DNA from: Lama guanicoe
Lineage: Eukaryota
Reading direction: 5' to 3'
DNA length: 64,000 nt
Assembly (NCBI GenBank): GCA_013239625.1
Contig: MU054220.1
Span: forward strand, 8,901,367 to 8,965,366
The position numbers were made by a program, and so were the translations under genes. The notes beneath the pieces are model-generated. The model was given only the letters and a program-made list of their open reading frames with translations. It searched no databases and had not been told where the DNA came from. Each line of letters begins with the position of its first letter. Positions within the stretch are counted from its first letter, which is position 1. Below are positions 1 through 12,849 of this stretch, piece after piece.

Positions 1-199
1 GCCTTCTGTTTCTCTGTTTTCCTGATGGACAAATTACTTGTTTCCACTTCGAAATGACCCAAGTAGCTAAATGTAACCATCGCTTCCCAGACTACACGAT
101 CTCCTTGTTTAAGCAGTCTTCAGGATACCGAGCCGAAATCCACTAAGCATGCTCCCAGCTCAGAGCTCCTGTGTTCGTCCTTCTATCAGTTAACTACGT

Positions 200-530
200 G
201 GTTTATAGCATCACTTTTTTCAGGTCTCTGCTCAGCTGTCACCTCATCTGCATCCTCCTCCTGAGTCACCAGACATAAAATATCCCTCTGCCACCATCAT
301 TCACTAGCCCTTTCTCCAGCTACGTACAATTTCACAACTATCACTAGTTTTTATACATTCTGTACTCTACCTATATGTGTGTGCGTATTATCCACTTTTG
401 GTGTCCCTCACTAGAATGCAGGTTCAAAGAGGTCATGGAATTTGTGTATTTTATTATCTTCTGTTTCTCCAGGATAGAGAACAGTGTCTAGCTCATAGGA
501 ATCATTCAACGCAAATTTGTTGAATAAGTT
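200..530 (+). mobile_element. L2 LINE 3' end remnant
   Basis: Typical L2 3' terminal motifs: 'cactagaatgcaggttcaaagagg...acagtgtctagctcatagg...aaatttgttgaataa'. Boundaries approximate. Confidence 0.75.
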
Positions 531-865
531 CACTTCTCTATCCTATGGGAAGGAATTATTAGATAGCTGCAAGTTTTTATTAAAGAGCTTATTACATTTT
601 TTTATCCAAGAATATGTCACAAGGATACTTCTTAGCTGAAAGTAACATCAAAATATATTTTTGGAAGTGAGGTTTGGCGATAACCCTTCCTCTGATATTT
701 TCCATTCACTGATTTTCATTATGGGTACTTAATGGAAAAACAACGCAAATCAGAAGATAGAAGTACTTTTGGAAGCCTGTGGAAAAGATCCCAGAAGTGG
801 AAAGTCTGCCGAGAGGACTAGGAATGAAGGAGTCTGGTATCATGACTCTAAGAGAACCTCCACAG

Positions 866-1350
866 CAGTGCTTCTCAAACTTCTTCATCTCAGGACTGTT
901 TGAGACTCTTAAAAATTACTGAAGACATGGAAGACCCTCCGTTTCTGAGGTTTTCAGTCAGCACTATGTTGGACCTGACCTATATCAAGCAAAAAGGGTC
1001 AGTCATTCATTGGGTGCCTCTCTTCTCAAATTTTCAGTTCACTTTCGTTACTTGGGAGCTTGAAATCAGCCATGCGGGAATATTCACATAATGGAATTGA
1101 ATTGAAAATGCTAAAAATTGGGACTTTCTTTGAGAGCCAGTTTATAAACCTATCACTGGTGTCTTTCCCTATATTTAATAAAGAATTTAAACAGGAATTT
1201 AAAAGCAAAAAAACATATATTGTGTACACAATAGGAAGAAAAAGGTTAGCAACTTCTTAGTGTTATTATGAAAACAGTTTTAACCATGTGGACCCCGGAA
1301 GGGTTTGGGGGACTCCCTGTGGTCCCCAGTCTACATATTTGGAACCACTG
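866..1350. mobile_element. hAT-Charlie DNA transposon remnant (Charlie1-like), internally deleted
   Basis: Terminal inverted repeats CAGTGCTTCTCAAA (866) and TTTGGAACCACTG (ends 1350), with Charlie1-like subterminal sequence ('ctcttaaaaattactgaagac', 'gaaaacagttttaaccatgtggacccc'). Confidence 0.7.
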
Positions 1351-2009
1351 TTCAATATCATGGTAGCTGGAATCTGAGTCGACCCCAAACATTCCATCTG
1401 AAGCCTGTGCACACAGAACAAAGTATGTAAACATAAGCTAAAACATGCCATCATTTCTTGCAACTTAATACCCAAGGGAGTTAGCTTGTGGGACTTCCTC
1501 ACCTGACTATAACAACACAGAGTCATCTTGCTTCATATGTAATGAGAGATTGCTTGTTTCTTACACCTCAAGTTAGAAAACATGCATCAGAAAGGAGCTG
1601 TAGTCCTCAGTGATCTTCACGTTGAAACAGCAAAGACCACTGGTTATAGTCCCAGCATCGCTCAGATTAGTAAAGACCAGCTGAGATGACCGAAGTGTTT
1701 GAACTGAAGAATGCTTTAACGGCAGGAAAAGTCATAGAATTTCAGGCAACAGGGATCAGTGAAAAGGAACAGCCAGGATTGTTGATACATGGACTATTGG
1801 AAGACAATCATGAGGGATGCCAAGAAATACTTAGATACACATGGTTTTGTGAACTGCTGAAGTGTTTACATAATCAGTAGATAAAGACTGAACATTAGTG
1901 AAACTGACTTTGCTCTACAGAAGATTTCACTGCTATTGAGGAACACGGTTTGCCAATGGGCAACTAGGATCTATCTACAGACATTCCTTCCAGTTATTCA
2001 CAACATGAC

Positions 2010-2620
2010 TATATTAGTTTTCTATTGCTATGTAGCAAAATTACCACAGACTTATTTTAATACACCAGGCATTTATCATCTCACAGTTAGCCTAGCCGGG
2101 TCCTCTGCTTGGGTTCTCATACACTGTATTCTCATCTGTAGTCTCAAGTGAAGAAGAATCTGCTTCCAGTGTTGTTAGCAGAATTTCCTTCTGTCTGCAG
2201 TATGGAAGGCCTGGATTCTTGCTGCTCGTCAGCTGGAAGCCACCCTCAGCTCCTAGACATTTTCTAGAAGACACCTCAGCTCTCAGAGACTGTTCGCAGT
2301 TCCCAGGGGCTACTTAGGATTACTTGCCTCACGGGCCTCTGCAACATGTCTGCTTACCTCATCAAGCCAGAAAAGAAATCTCTAGCTCGAGCCCACTAGC
2401 AAGATGGATTCAACTATCACATCACAGAATTGCAAGAGTGGCATCCCATCACTTTTGCCAAATGATGCAACAGAACTATGAAAGTGGTATATTTTGACAT
2501 GGTCTGTTGGTTAGAAGCAACCCACAGGTCCTGCCTCCATTCAAGGGGAGAGGATTTATCAAAAATGTGAATACCAGAAGTGGGAGTTATTACAGAGGTC
2601 ACCTCATGGTGTGTCTGCGA
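2010..2620 (-). mobile_element. MaLR LTR (MLT1F/G-like)
   Basis: Begins 'tatattagttttctattgctatgtagcaaaattaccaca', the reverse complement of the MLT1 3' end; later 'ttggttagaagcaacccacaggtcctgcc'. Confidence 0.7.
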
Positions 2621-4039
2621 ATTCGCTGCAATGATACTCGGAGAAAATGATAATGTTTGTAAAGATCCCGGAGAAAATGCAAGAAAATGTGGGGCTTTCA
2701 CGTGGGATTTGCAGAAAGTTCTTATCAACTATAATAAGAAAATAATCATGAACTATTTGGAATATTAAAAATATTTGTATCAAACTTACAAATAAAATAC
2801 TTAAATAAGAAATTGAAAGCATGCTTCAGTTCACATAAAATTTTAATGGAAGGTTTTATATTTGAAATGTTCACAGGAATTTCTAAATCAAGATTTTTAA
2901 TGACAATCCCTTCTGATTCTTGAAAGTTACCATCAAGGAGAAAATCTGCTCAAACAGAAAAGTGATAAAATATTTAACACCCTTTTCATAGCCACTGAAA
3001 AATTTAGATCATTAGAAATTATTTTTAAAGAATCTAACAGCTCTGCCTTTTCTTTCATGATACATATAATGTGAAAGTTCTTGTGATAATGCAAATTGAT
3101 TTAAAATTCAATGGAAAATTGTATATCAAATACATCAAACCCATTAATAAAGTTCCAATTTGCAGAACTTTTGTGTATGTTATTAGAGAGCCACCCGGAA
3201 GCTGGCTTCCATGCCAATAGGATGTCACATCAAACAGAATGGATAGATGTACTTGATGCATGAGAAGACACCCATTTGGGTCAGTCTCTGAATTTACCCA
3301 CCAGGAGCCCCTGCCCAGAGGTGTGTGAAATGGAAATGATCTGGTATCTCCACAGATCCCTTTTCCACCAAGGTGTGTTCCACAGTCCACCACTGGGGGG
3401 AGAAAAAAGCTTATAACACATTAAACTCTTCCCTAGTTATCTTTCAAACACAATATTTGAGCATCACGTGCTGATATTTCCTTCCTGAAAAGACCTCAGT
3501 GGGTAGCATTAGACCTTATGTTGTCTGGCCTGCACTCCGAGAGCTTCTGATGAAGGTTGGCCTCATAGGACCACGTCAGTGGCTCTAGCCAGCCTGGGAC
3601 AAGTCAGTCCTCCCGCAGCTGACCCCCAAACTGGAGGAATCTGCATATTTGAGCATAATTCAGTATTTGTGACCCAATACTGTTCTGGTCTATTCTAATG
3701 TATGCAAATGCCATTTAAATGAGCAAAGCAACAGCATAGATCGATACATATTATCTTTGGACAAGTGATGCGTATATCAGCAAAACTTTGAACACGGCAG
3801 AGAAGTCATTCCAAAGAAACATCAGTGGACGTGACCACGAAATCTTGGCGATAACCCCTAGGATACTTTAAGTGACTGTAATCGTAGGTATTTCACTCCG
3901 GGTAAAAGTAGAAGTGGGCAGGTACATAGATAGATATGGTGAGAGCAAATATTTACACTGATGGAATCATGCCAGACACGCTCTTGCAATGGGGCTTTCC
4001 ACCCATGAGTATGTTGTAAGCGGTCTGTCCATTTCTTTA

Positions 4040-4335
4040 AATGGGCATTTCAATCACCACGTCAAAAAGATTAGAGAACTTATACATGTATCATAAATTG
4101 ACTGCTCAGCTCTCAATTGAAGGACACTTCACTATTCTACCTTCTCAGGGTAAAAATTCTCTGAAGTTGTTCAGAGACTGGATGTGCTGCTGTAAATTTT
4201 GACATATACTGCCAGACTGCTCACCAGAGGAGTTGTATTAACACTTCTACCAAGAGAGTGTGAAAGTTCCTGTTTTAGCTTACCTGCTCAAATACCAGGT
4301 TTTATCTATCGTTTTAATCTTGGTCAGTCAGACAT
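4040..4335 (-). mobile_element. Old L1 (L1M) fragment
   Basis: 'aaattttgacatatactgccagactgctc...gttgtattaac...agagtgtgaaagttcctgttt' resembles antisense L1M ORF2/3' sequence. Confidence 0.55.
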
Positions 4336-4652
4336 GTCTCCTTCTAAGCCCTACTGAAGTGTTAATAGTAATAGTAAATGGTAATCACTTTAAATAATGT
4401 ATCAGATCTTTCAACATTGTTTATGGAACCGCTTATGTTTCTCACATAATTTGAAATATTATTTTGGCCAAGATCGGTAAATATCCTCCAAAAGTAATGG
4501 TCTTCAGTTCATACTGAGCACATAACACAGCTACCCTAGGAAACGTATACTTGTCTCCCAAGCAGTTGGATGACATCACGTAACTCAGTTCTAGCCAATG
4601 GCATGTAAGTGGAAGTGATGTCTACCGTGTCAGGGCGAGAGTTTTTAATAGC

Positions 4653-5086
4653 TATGTTCATTGACTAGGGGTCTGTAACAAATTACCATAAATGTGGTGG
4701 CTTAAAACAAGAGAAATGTATCCACTCACAGTTCTGGGAGCTGGACATCTGAAATCAAGACATCAGCAGGGCCATGCTTCTTCTGAGGCTACGGGCTCTT
4801 CCTGCTCCGGTGGCTCCTAGCAAACCTTGGTTTGTGTGGCTCGCAACCTTATCCCTCCAATCTCCACTTTACTTTCCACAAGTCAGTCTTCTCAGTGTGT
4901 CTCTTTTGTCCTCTTCTCTTCTCATAAAGACACCAGTCATTGGATTTAGGGCTCACTCTAAAGCCAGAGTAGTTCATCTTAATATCCTTAACTAATTGCA
5001 TCTGCCAAGACCTTTTCCAAATGAGGTCATATTCTGAGGCTCCAGGTGGACTTGAATTTGTGGGGACACTATTCAACCCACTATAA
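4653..5086 (-). mobile_element. MaLR solo LTR (MLT1C-like) with target-site duplication
   Basis: 'gtaacaaattaccataaatgtggtggcttaaaacaa...ggggacactattcaacccacta'; flanked by aatagc at 4647-4652 and 5087-5092. Confidence 0.8.
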
Positions 5087-5137
5087 AATAGCCATGTCCC
5101 CTTCTACAGCCAGTGTAGTTGATAACAAGTCCCTGGG

Positions 5138-5320
5138 GTAGATCTCAGACATCATCATGCATCAGAATTACCTGGAGAGTTTGCTAAAACAAACAGAATG
5201 CTGATCCCTACCGCCCCATTCCTGATTCAGTAAGACTGAGAGGGGACCAATATTTGCTTTTCTAATAAGGTCCACTGGTGCCACTGATGCTGCCATTCTG
5301 ATACCAGACTTTGAGAACTA
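5138..5320. mobile_element. MER5A (hAT-Charlie MITE)
   Basis: 'tgcatcagaattacctggagagtttgctaaaac...ctgattcagtaag...actgatgctgc...gactttgagaac'. Confidence 0.75.
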
Positions 5321-5509
5321 GAGACCCAAAATAAAAGGAAGTGACAACACAGAAGTGCCTGAAGGAAAGCCCTCTCTCTGTTGACACACAAAAAATCCTT
5401 CTTTGGATTTTTACATTAGAAAGAAGTAAATATCTTTGAGCTGTTCCTTTTTTAACCAAAATAAACCACCTTTTCTTTCATGTAATACTGAATTTTTATA
5501 AATGCCTGG

Positions 5510-6250
5510 TATGTTTCTTAACTGCCAACTCTACCTCATTAAACTGTCCCTTCATGCATAATTACAGCATATTCTAAATTGCTCCAGCTTCATAAAATGT
5601 TTTAATTCTGGTAGAGGGAATAATCTTTCATTATTCTTAGGTTTTTCTAAGTTTTCTATTCTTCTTTTATACTTAGGCTTACAGATACCATTCAAATGCT
5701 TTTATCAGATCCAAATGTTTTAAAAATCCATTAGGTTTTCAAATGGGCTTGCAATACAATTAAACGGCAATTTGGGGGAATATTGGTCTCGGCTACAGTA
5801 TTGAGTCTTCTAACAACAAACATACTTCTACATTTAAGTGGAATTCTCAGATATGTCAGTAGATTTCTGTTTTCTTTACACTGGTAACATGCATTTCTTA
5901 AGTTCGTCCCTGGTGATTTTACATACTTGTTGTCTTATGAATGGAGCTTTTTCAAAGCATTTTCTTTTCCAAATGGTTTTTGTTGTTATAGAGCAAAATT
6001 ATTGCATTATCTTTGCATTATATTTTCTTTTACAAGCAACCTTCAGATGCTTTTTACATGCTCTCAAGCTTTCAGCTGATTCTGACGTTCAAATATATGA
6101 CTTTATCAGTAAATAATGATAATTTTGTTTCATTTTTGCCAATATTTATATCCCCTATTTATTCTTACCCATTTGCTCAGTACTTCTAGGATAATGTCAA
6201 GTAACTGTGGTGATTATTGATTAAACTGCCTCGCCTTTGCAAGACTGAGA
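5510..6250 (-). mobile_element. Old L1 ORF2 remnant (L1M)
   Basis: T-rich antisense L1 motifs ('aatttgggggaatattgg...tattgagtcttct', 'tacttctaggataatgtcaagtaactgtggtga'). Confidence 0.55.
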
Positions 6251-6489
6251 TGACTTAGTAAAACGTGAATTTCCCCCCCGCCATGTATTTTAGGACCACA
6301 AAGTCCTAGTGTGAAGTTCTATCCTTACTAAATCCACATCGAACAGTAGCTTTCACACTGAGGTACATATATCCAAGGGTTCCTAAATGATTCAAGGCTT
6401 ATAGGAAGAAAACTCATAATTGAATTTTGCTGTATATATTTTATGTTACATTTTAAACTTTCGTTCCGAATGCTTTATAGTAACAAAAT

Positions 6490-6700
6490 ACCTAGCATTT
6501 ATTGGGCACTCATTATGTTATCAATATTATTCCAGGAGATTTACCTATATTTTCACACCAAGTGTTCAAGTGAGGCATATTTTTATCTCCATTTTAAAAG
6601 CAGTGAAACCAAAGCATAGAAAATTTATTTAATTTTCCCAAGAGAGGATGAACCTCTCCAGACTGGGTCTAGAGATTACACTCTGAACTTTTGCACCATT
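6490..6700 (-). mobile_element. MIR SINE
   Basis: 'tagcatttattgggcactcattatg...tatctccattttaaaagcagtgaaaccaaagcatagaaa'. Confidence 0.65.
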
Positions 6701-8185
6701 TGTCTCTTTGCATGAAATCTTAGTATACAAAACCCCCTATAAATAAACACATTTCTGCATATTGGATGCATGCTCAAAATCTGTCTCAATCCTTTGACAC
6801 CTCTTCCAGATCTCTGCTCCCACAGTCATTGACTGTTGACTGTCGGTCGTGTGCATCAGAGCACACCTGCTCCCCTTTCAGGTTACAAGATGGTAAGGAC
6901 ACCATCACTGACATAATAGAGTCTTGACCCTTCTTCCTACTTCTCTGTCTGGTGAACTTGAATTGCCAGTGTCTTCCCTCTTGAGAATCTTAATCTAAAA
7001 ATGACCCCTATATACTTAAATTTCTACCGATTGCTTACAGTAATAAGTAATAAAGTAGTAATAAAATATTTAACACTCTCTATGTAAAGACCCTCTCTTT
7101 TATTGTCATTGGTGCTATTAACAGCCCACCTTGGATGCTAATCTCATCCTCTTTCCAGTATGTTCTATATGAATTACTTTGCATGGATGCTAATTTTGAA
7201 TATTATGCACACCACAGTAATTCTTTACTCATCAAAGGTCCCAATAATTGAAGACCATTTGTTCTTTTTTTTTTCTTTCCGACTTTCTTCAGTCAAGGCT
7301 AGGTTTTTCAATCACAGAGTTTATATTTTTTACATCCAACTTGAAGCTCACTTTAAATACATACACACATACACACAGCATTGATATCTAGTTCTCAAAA
7401 TTATTGCCAGAGTTAAGAGAAAGTGTTTAATGTATCTAGTCTAATCCTTGGAATATGGAATGTATTCAGTAAATGTGTTGGCTTCCATCTATATTCTCCT
7501 TGTTATAAATATTAGGGTACTGGAGTGAGGTCCATGTACAATGTTAAGCACAGTATCTGGCACACATGAAGGACATAAATATCACCTGTCATCCTCCCCA
7601 CCATTACATATGCCAGTAGGGTGGCTGACATTCAGAGGAAAATATTTAAATCCTTCCTTCTTTCTCTCCAACTTCTGATTTTTCATCCTTTAACTTAGGG
7701 TCCCACTCAGCTCAAATACATAAGTAACTCATTCACTAATTCTGGATCATTTTGAGACATAGCAGCAAAATCTAAAGCAAATCTCAAAGGAAGCATTTGG
7801 GAAGACTCCATTGTAAGAGAGAAAGGAAGTAAAACCACGAAGCTCTGCGAGTCAAAGTTAGTGTCTGTTTTCTCTTTTTGAGCTTCTGGGAACGTGTTTT
7901 GCTAATGCAGGTGAACTTCAATCTTTCTGTAACTTTAGACAACTCCTGAAGGCCCTCTACATCCCTGCCTTTTATACAACATAATATAAAACACCTTTCA
8001 TTGACTATGTGGAAATATTTTATTTTTAACCTGCGCAAACCAGTTTACTTCTGCAAGCCAGTGTGAATCAGCTCCAGGCACCACCAGATACCTACTCAGC
8101 CCTTGTCGACAGTCCCAGAGTTGCGCCGGGCCGCCCGGAAAGCGCTCCCTGGAAATGATCGTAATGAAAGGCGTAATGGAAGGCG

Positions 8186-8204
8186 TGTTCAGCAGGGGGC
8201 TGAT
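8186..8204 (+). promoter_or_regulatory. CTCF-like motif inside a small CpG-rich, non-repeat island
   Basis: tgttcagcagggggctgat versus CTCF consensus TGGCCAGCAGGGGGCGCTG; adjacent to 9 CpGs in about 80 bp. Confidence 0.4.
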
Positions 8205-8545
8205 TAAGTGGATTCTATTTTATTTCTGAGATTTACATTTCTCATGCCTTTCTCTTCTGAAAAATAATCCTTTCTTTAAGCACTTGTTTATGATATATAA
8301 TGAGTAACTACCAGTTTTGTAATATTGGAAGAGAGTAGAGCCAACTTTATTCTTTGAAATTCTTTCACTCTGAGATAGCTTTGATTTGTAGATATAAAAC
8401 TGTTTGAGTGTGTCATTGGGGAGGGGGGGTAATACTGACTCCCTGATAAAACAGAGTAGTCTCGAAAACTGTGCCCTGATAACTCCTGATCAAAATATAC
8501 TAGAATAGGCCTCAGGAAGTGCTTCATTATGACTTTTAGGAGAGT

Positions 8546-8980
8546 ATCAGTGAGTTACTTCTGCATAACAAGCATGCAAAAAAAAAAAAAAATCTCAGTA
8601 CCATACAATAAAAGGCATTTATTTGGTTTAGAGTGAGCTCAGCTGGGCAGTTCTAAGCTGACTGCTTCTGTGTCTACTTCATTTGTTTTTCATCCTCCTT
8701 TGATAAACAGGCTCCCTGAGGCATGCTCATCTCACAGTATGGGCAGGGGCAAAAGAGGGCAAGTAAAAAATTGTGTTGCCTGTTCATGCCTGGGCTCGCA
8801 GTGTACATTATCACTTCCACTGGGAAAGCAGCGCACCTCACTGGGCACAGTCTAAAGCCACAAAGAAGTACACAGAGCTTCTAGAAGGAGAGACAAAAAG
8901 TAACACGGCAAAGGGTACAGGTACAAGAGAAAGGTTAAAAAAAAAAACAAAACACAGGCCAATAATCCAATCTACTTCAG
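8546..8980 (-). mobile_element. Old MaLR LTR (MLT1I/J-like)
   Basis: 'tatcagtgagttacttctgcataacaa...tctcagtaccatacaataaaaggcatttattt...cagctgggcagttct'. Confidence 0.55.
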
Positions 8981-9259
8981 AGAACAACTGCCAACTAGTT
9001 GGAATCTCTTTTATTTTTACCATGTTCTATTTTCTTAAGAATCTGTTCTGAGTTCTGAGATGAAATTCAAATTCCCTGTTGTGGTTTATGCTGAGTATAA
9101 CTGGATGTCTGATCACCCATTTCAGATTTACTTCGCCCAGGAAGTGTGACTTGACAAACCAACCTGTGATGTGGCCGTCATCTGTGTACTTAGAGTTCTC
9201 TGCCCTTCTCTAATCTAATACTTACATTAATGAAGGTAATAAGAAATAATTATGGATAA

Positions 9260-9490
9260 AATTGCATTGAGCCCTTAATATTAACTGGAAATTTTGCTAT
9301 ACTTCCTTGGCACAATTTCATTTTATTCTTTGAACAAAACTGGAGGTAGGTGTTATTAATATTCCTATCTTATACATGAAGAATCAAAGGCAGAGAGGTT
9401 AAGGAAGTTTCCCAACCTCTCACAGTTAGAAAAAAATAAAGCTCAGATTCAAGTCTATGTCTATCAAAACACTGAACTTACATCTTGCAT
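9260..9490 (-). mobile_element. MIR SINE
   Basis: 'ggaggtaggtgttattaatattcctatcttatacatgaagaatcaaaggcagagaggttaagg'. Confidence 0.65.
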
Positions 9491-9586
9491 CACCCGTACG
9501 CATAAGTGCACTTCATTATAATGGTCCACTGACTTCCCTTTTATTAAAACTCAAGCACCAAACACCTCAGGAAATGGGACTAACTG

Positions 9587-10028
9587 TGTGGTTGGGTGAA
9601 TAATGGCTGTCCACATCCTAACCCTCATCTAGAATGTCTGAATACTTGATCTTACATGCTATAAAGATGTGAATAAGCAAAGGACCTTGAGATGGAGATT
9701 GTCATGGATTATCTGGGTGATCCATGATGTCGCCATGGCCCTTATAAGAGGGTAAGGGGAGCATAAGAGTTAGGAGCAGCAGATGTGATGACGGAAGAAA
9801 GAGGTTCCATCCTCTAAGTGATGTGAGGAAGCAGCCATGGACCAAGGAAGGCAAGCCGTCTCTAGGAACTGAAAAAGGTAAGGAAAAGGACTAGCCTCTG
9901 AAGCTTCTAGAAGAAATGGAGCCCTCTCAACGCTTTGGTCTTCTGACCTCCAGAGCCGTAATACATGTGTGGTGTAAAGCCACTACCCTTGTGGTAATTT
10001 GTCACAGCAGCAATAAAAAACTAATACA
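9587..10028 (+). mobile_element. MaLR solo LTR (MLT1D-like)
   Basis: 'tgtggttgggtgaataatggc...gaccttgagatggagatt...ctctaggaactgaaaaaggtaaggaaa...gtggtaatttgtcacagcagcaataaaaaactaataca'. Confidence 0.85.
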
Positions 10029-11439
10029 AACGAAATGATAGTAGAGATTTTGTGTATTTTATTCACTGTTATATTATGAGTGGGGCAATCCTTCTAAATC
10101 TGTTGAACAGATAAATGAATGAAAAAAAACAAATGTTAGTGATGACACAGAGAACAGAATCATCAGGTTCCCAGTTGGAAAAGAAACCTAAAATGGTGTT
10201 GATGAGAATTTAGTATGTGCCAGTTTTTTTTGAGAGAAAGTCTCTTCATATTCAAAACTGTCAAAAATCTTCTGTGAAGTTGTACTATAGTTTATAACTC
10301 TATAATAAAAGTTCAATTCTTACACACCCCCTAAAAACTTCCATTTCTTGCAGAGCTTTGCAATAGTTTTTCACTAAGTGGGCCCAGATGGGTTAAGTTA
10401 TGTGACAGGACTTTTAGTTTTAATGTTTAGATTGCTCTAATTTGGAATGAAGGGGGAAACACATTTGCATAAAAAAGAAAATAATGTGTTGTTTTGAGGA
10501 ATTCTGGCCAAGTAAATCAACACTCAGATTGCATTAAAAAAACAAACAAACAAACAAGATTCAGATTCAGAGAAAGAAAATATGGTATAGGTTCCTGGGC
10601 TTTTTTTGTTTCATCTTGTGGGATTTTAAAAAACCTTTTACAGGTTAACACTGGAAACAGCTACACAGAAAACACCCATCACACTGCTACAAGAAGCAAA
10701 TCAATGACTGCAAATATATTGAATTTTGGAAAACACAAATTCACATTCACTATTAATTTCGTTATTTGGGTTAGAAATCTACTGATGTTCCTGTTCTACA
10801 TCATATGTTTGTTTACACATTTTTCCAAAAGTTGTTTTTACATTACCCACAATAGACATGAAATTCTGTGCCAAGTCCAGGACTTTCTTTGAATAATTTA
10901 ATCTCCTCTCTTCCCCTTTGCTGCCTTCCCCTCTTCTCTTCCTATCTCCGTCTCTGTCTCTCTCTCCCTCTTCCACACTTCCATACACAAACACACACAC
11001 ACACAAAGACATGAATGTTGGAGCAGTTACCTAATGTGCCAAGGACATATAATAACACATGGTTAGTATGCCTCTATATGTTGACTTCGCGTCATTTTCT
11101 TGCAGTTAGCACTGCCCCCCTCTCTACTTTGTACAAATTGGAGAGACAAGAACCAGCTACGTAACTAAAAACAAAACCAAAAAACAAAAAGCAAAAAACC
11201 CCATAGCATTATTATCCCAATTTGCATGAAATGATCTCTTATAAGACTGAGTTGGTCTCTAAAGGTCATGTCTAGAGGGTTCAGTGCAGATTCAGTCATG
11301 ATGTAAATGTCACAAATTCCTGTTTTGCAACCTGACATATATAAAAGCAGAATGGAATGAAATTTAAGTCTGAGAAACTCTTACATTTCATTTACTATCA
11401 GCCAAATTAGGCATTAAACCCCATGACCATAAAGATTAT

Positions 11440-12250
11440 GGCACATCTGTTTCTATCTCCCTCCCACATTTTTACATAGGCAGTCATGTCACTTCCATGC
11501 TACATTCTGCTTTGCGCTTAACGTATCACAAGCTCTTAAAACTATGGATGTCTTCATCACTATTTTTAATGGTCCTGTAATCCGTTACTTAATTGTGCTA
11601 GACTAAACACTTCCCTTATTATAAGACCACAGATATCTTCCAATCCATTACTCCTAATGAACACTGCATGCATTCAGACTGCTTTTATCTGTAGCTGGTT
11701 GTGCTATCTTGCATTCTTTGGAGATGGAGGACTGTCTGCTAAAAGTTGTTATCTGGGGCCAAAGGACATGAAAATTTGATGTTGCTTTGCTCTTGTTGCC
11801 AAACTGTTTTCTCTTTTAATTGGTCCAATTGATACAGTCATTAGCAATAAGTGAACATTGCATTTTTCAGCACTTTTTATAGCTGGGGATATTAATCTTT
11901 GCTAATTTGATAGGTGAAAAACAGCACCTCCTAATTTATTTGATTGCTTGCAAGGGCAACTGTTTGCCTATAGTCTACTTTTATTATAAATTCAATACAC
12001 ATCAATGAGAGAAAAACTTGAAGGTGTAGAGAATTAAGGCAGAGATAATTAAACATCCCATAATCCTATCACACACAAGTTACTACTGTTAATATTTTAG
12101 GTTGTATCCTTCCCCTTAACTCACCACCTATTATGTATATCTAGACTTACCTATATTTAGATTTCTATATTTAAAAATATAAACACATATAATTTTAAAA
12201 TATACTACTGGAATTGCACTTTACATATTTACATAAATACTGGAAACTAC
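11440..12250 (-). mobile_element. Old L1 (L1ME-like) fragments
   Basis: 'attaatctttgctaatttgataggtgaaaaacagcacctc', 'tactactgttaatattttaggttgtatccttcc'. Boundaries approximate. Confidence 0.5.
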
Positions 12251-12559
12251 TCACATAGTTTCTCTAAAACTTTTCTCCTATGAAATGCATACAGCTGATT
12301 GGGGTTTCTATGAGCATAAGCAGAGTATTTCAACAGACTGTCTTTCCTCAATAACACAGTAGTGAGTGGTAGGTAATTGTGACCAGTTTAAACAGTATGC
12401 AGAATATTCACCATATGTGCATACTCGCTCACCCTCTCTCTCTTAAACATAGATACTGAGAGAGAGCGATATAAGTAGCTATTAAAAAGAGAAGGATATA
12501 TTCTATCGCAGGGTTTTAATTTTTACATTATTCAAGTATTCTCTGAAACTGGTAAAATA

Positions 12560-12626
12560 TAATATGATATGATATGTATGACGTGATGTGATATGATATG
12601 ACATGACATGATGTAGCATGGCATGT
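12560..12626. repeat. Degenerate pentanucleotide microsatellite (ATATG/ACATG/ACGTG)n
   Basis: 'aatatgatatgatatgtatgacgtgatgtgatatgatatgacatgacatgatgtagcatggcatg'. Confidence 0.8.
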
Positions 12627-12849
12627 ATGTTTATGCCTTGGACATTTCGGGAAGGATAGTTAGTAGTGAAGTATCTCCAGAAAACGCGGCCAGGCAGATA
12701 AGTAACTGTTACATATTGTTTTCACAGCACTTATTGGAAAACATGCTATAATCTCCTTTGAGCCTCAAATTAGTTTTATCACACTAGTTGATCCAACACA
12801 CTCTATTACAACTGGCCCATAATGAGGTATGTTATTTATTAATCTGTTT

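Larger units (their letters stand above)
4490..5500 (+). mobile_element. Old MaLR LTR (MLT1J-like), interrupted by a younger MLT1 and a MER5A
   Basis: 'cacgtaactcagttctagccaatggcatgtaagtggaagtgatgt' before the inserts and 'tttggatttttacattagaaagaagtaaata' after them. Confidence 0.5.

Noticed and set aside
674..3857. Shared 13-mer ttggcgataaccc at 674-686 and 3845-3857
   Set aside because: Tens of exact 13-mer pairs are expected by chance in 64 kb, and the flanks do not align.
10463..10477. Octamer with adjacent SOX-like half site (atttgcataaaaaag)
   Set aside because: The SOX half lacks its key base (aaaaaag instead of aacaaag), and lone octamers are common in AT-rich DNA.
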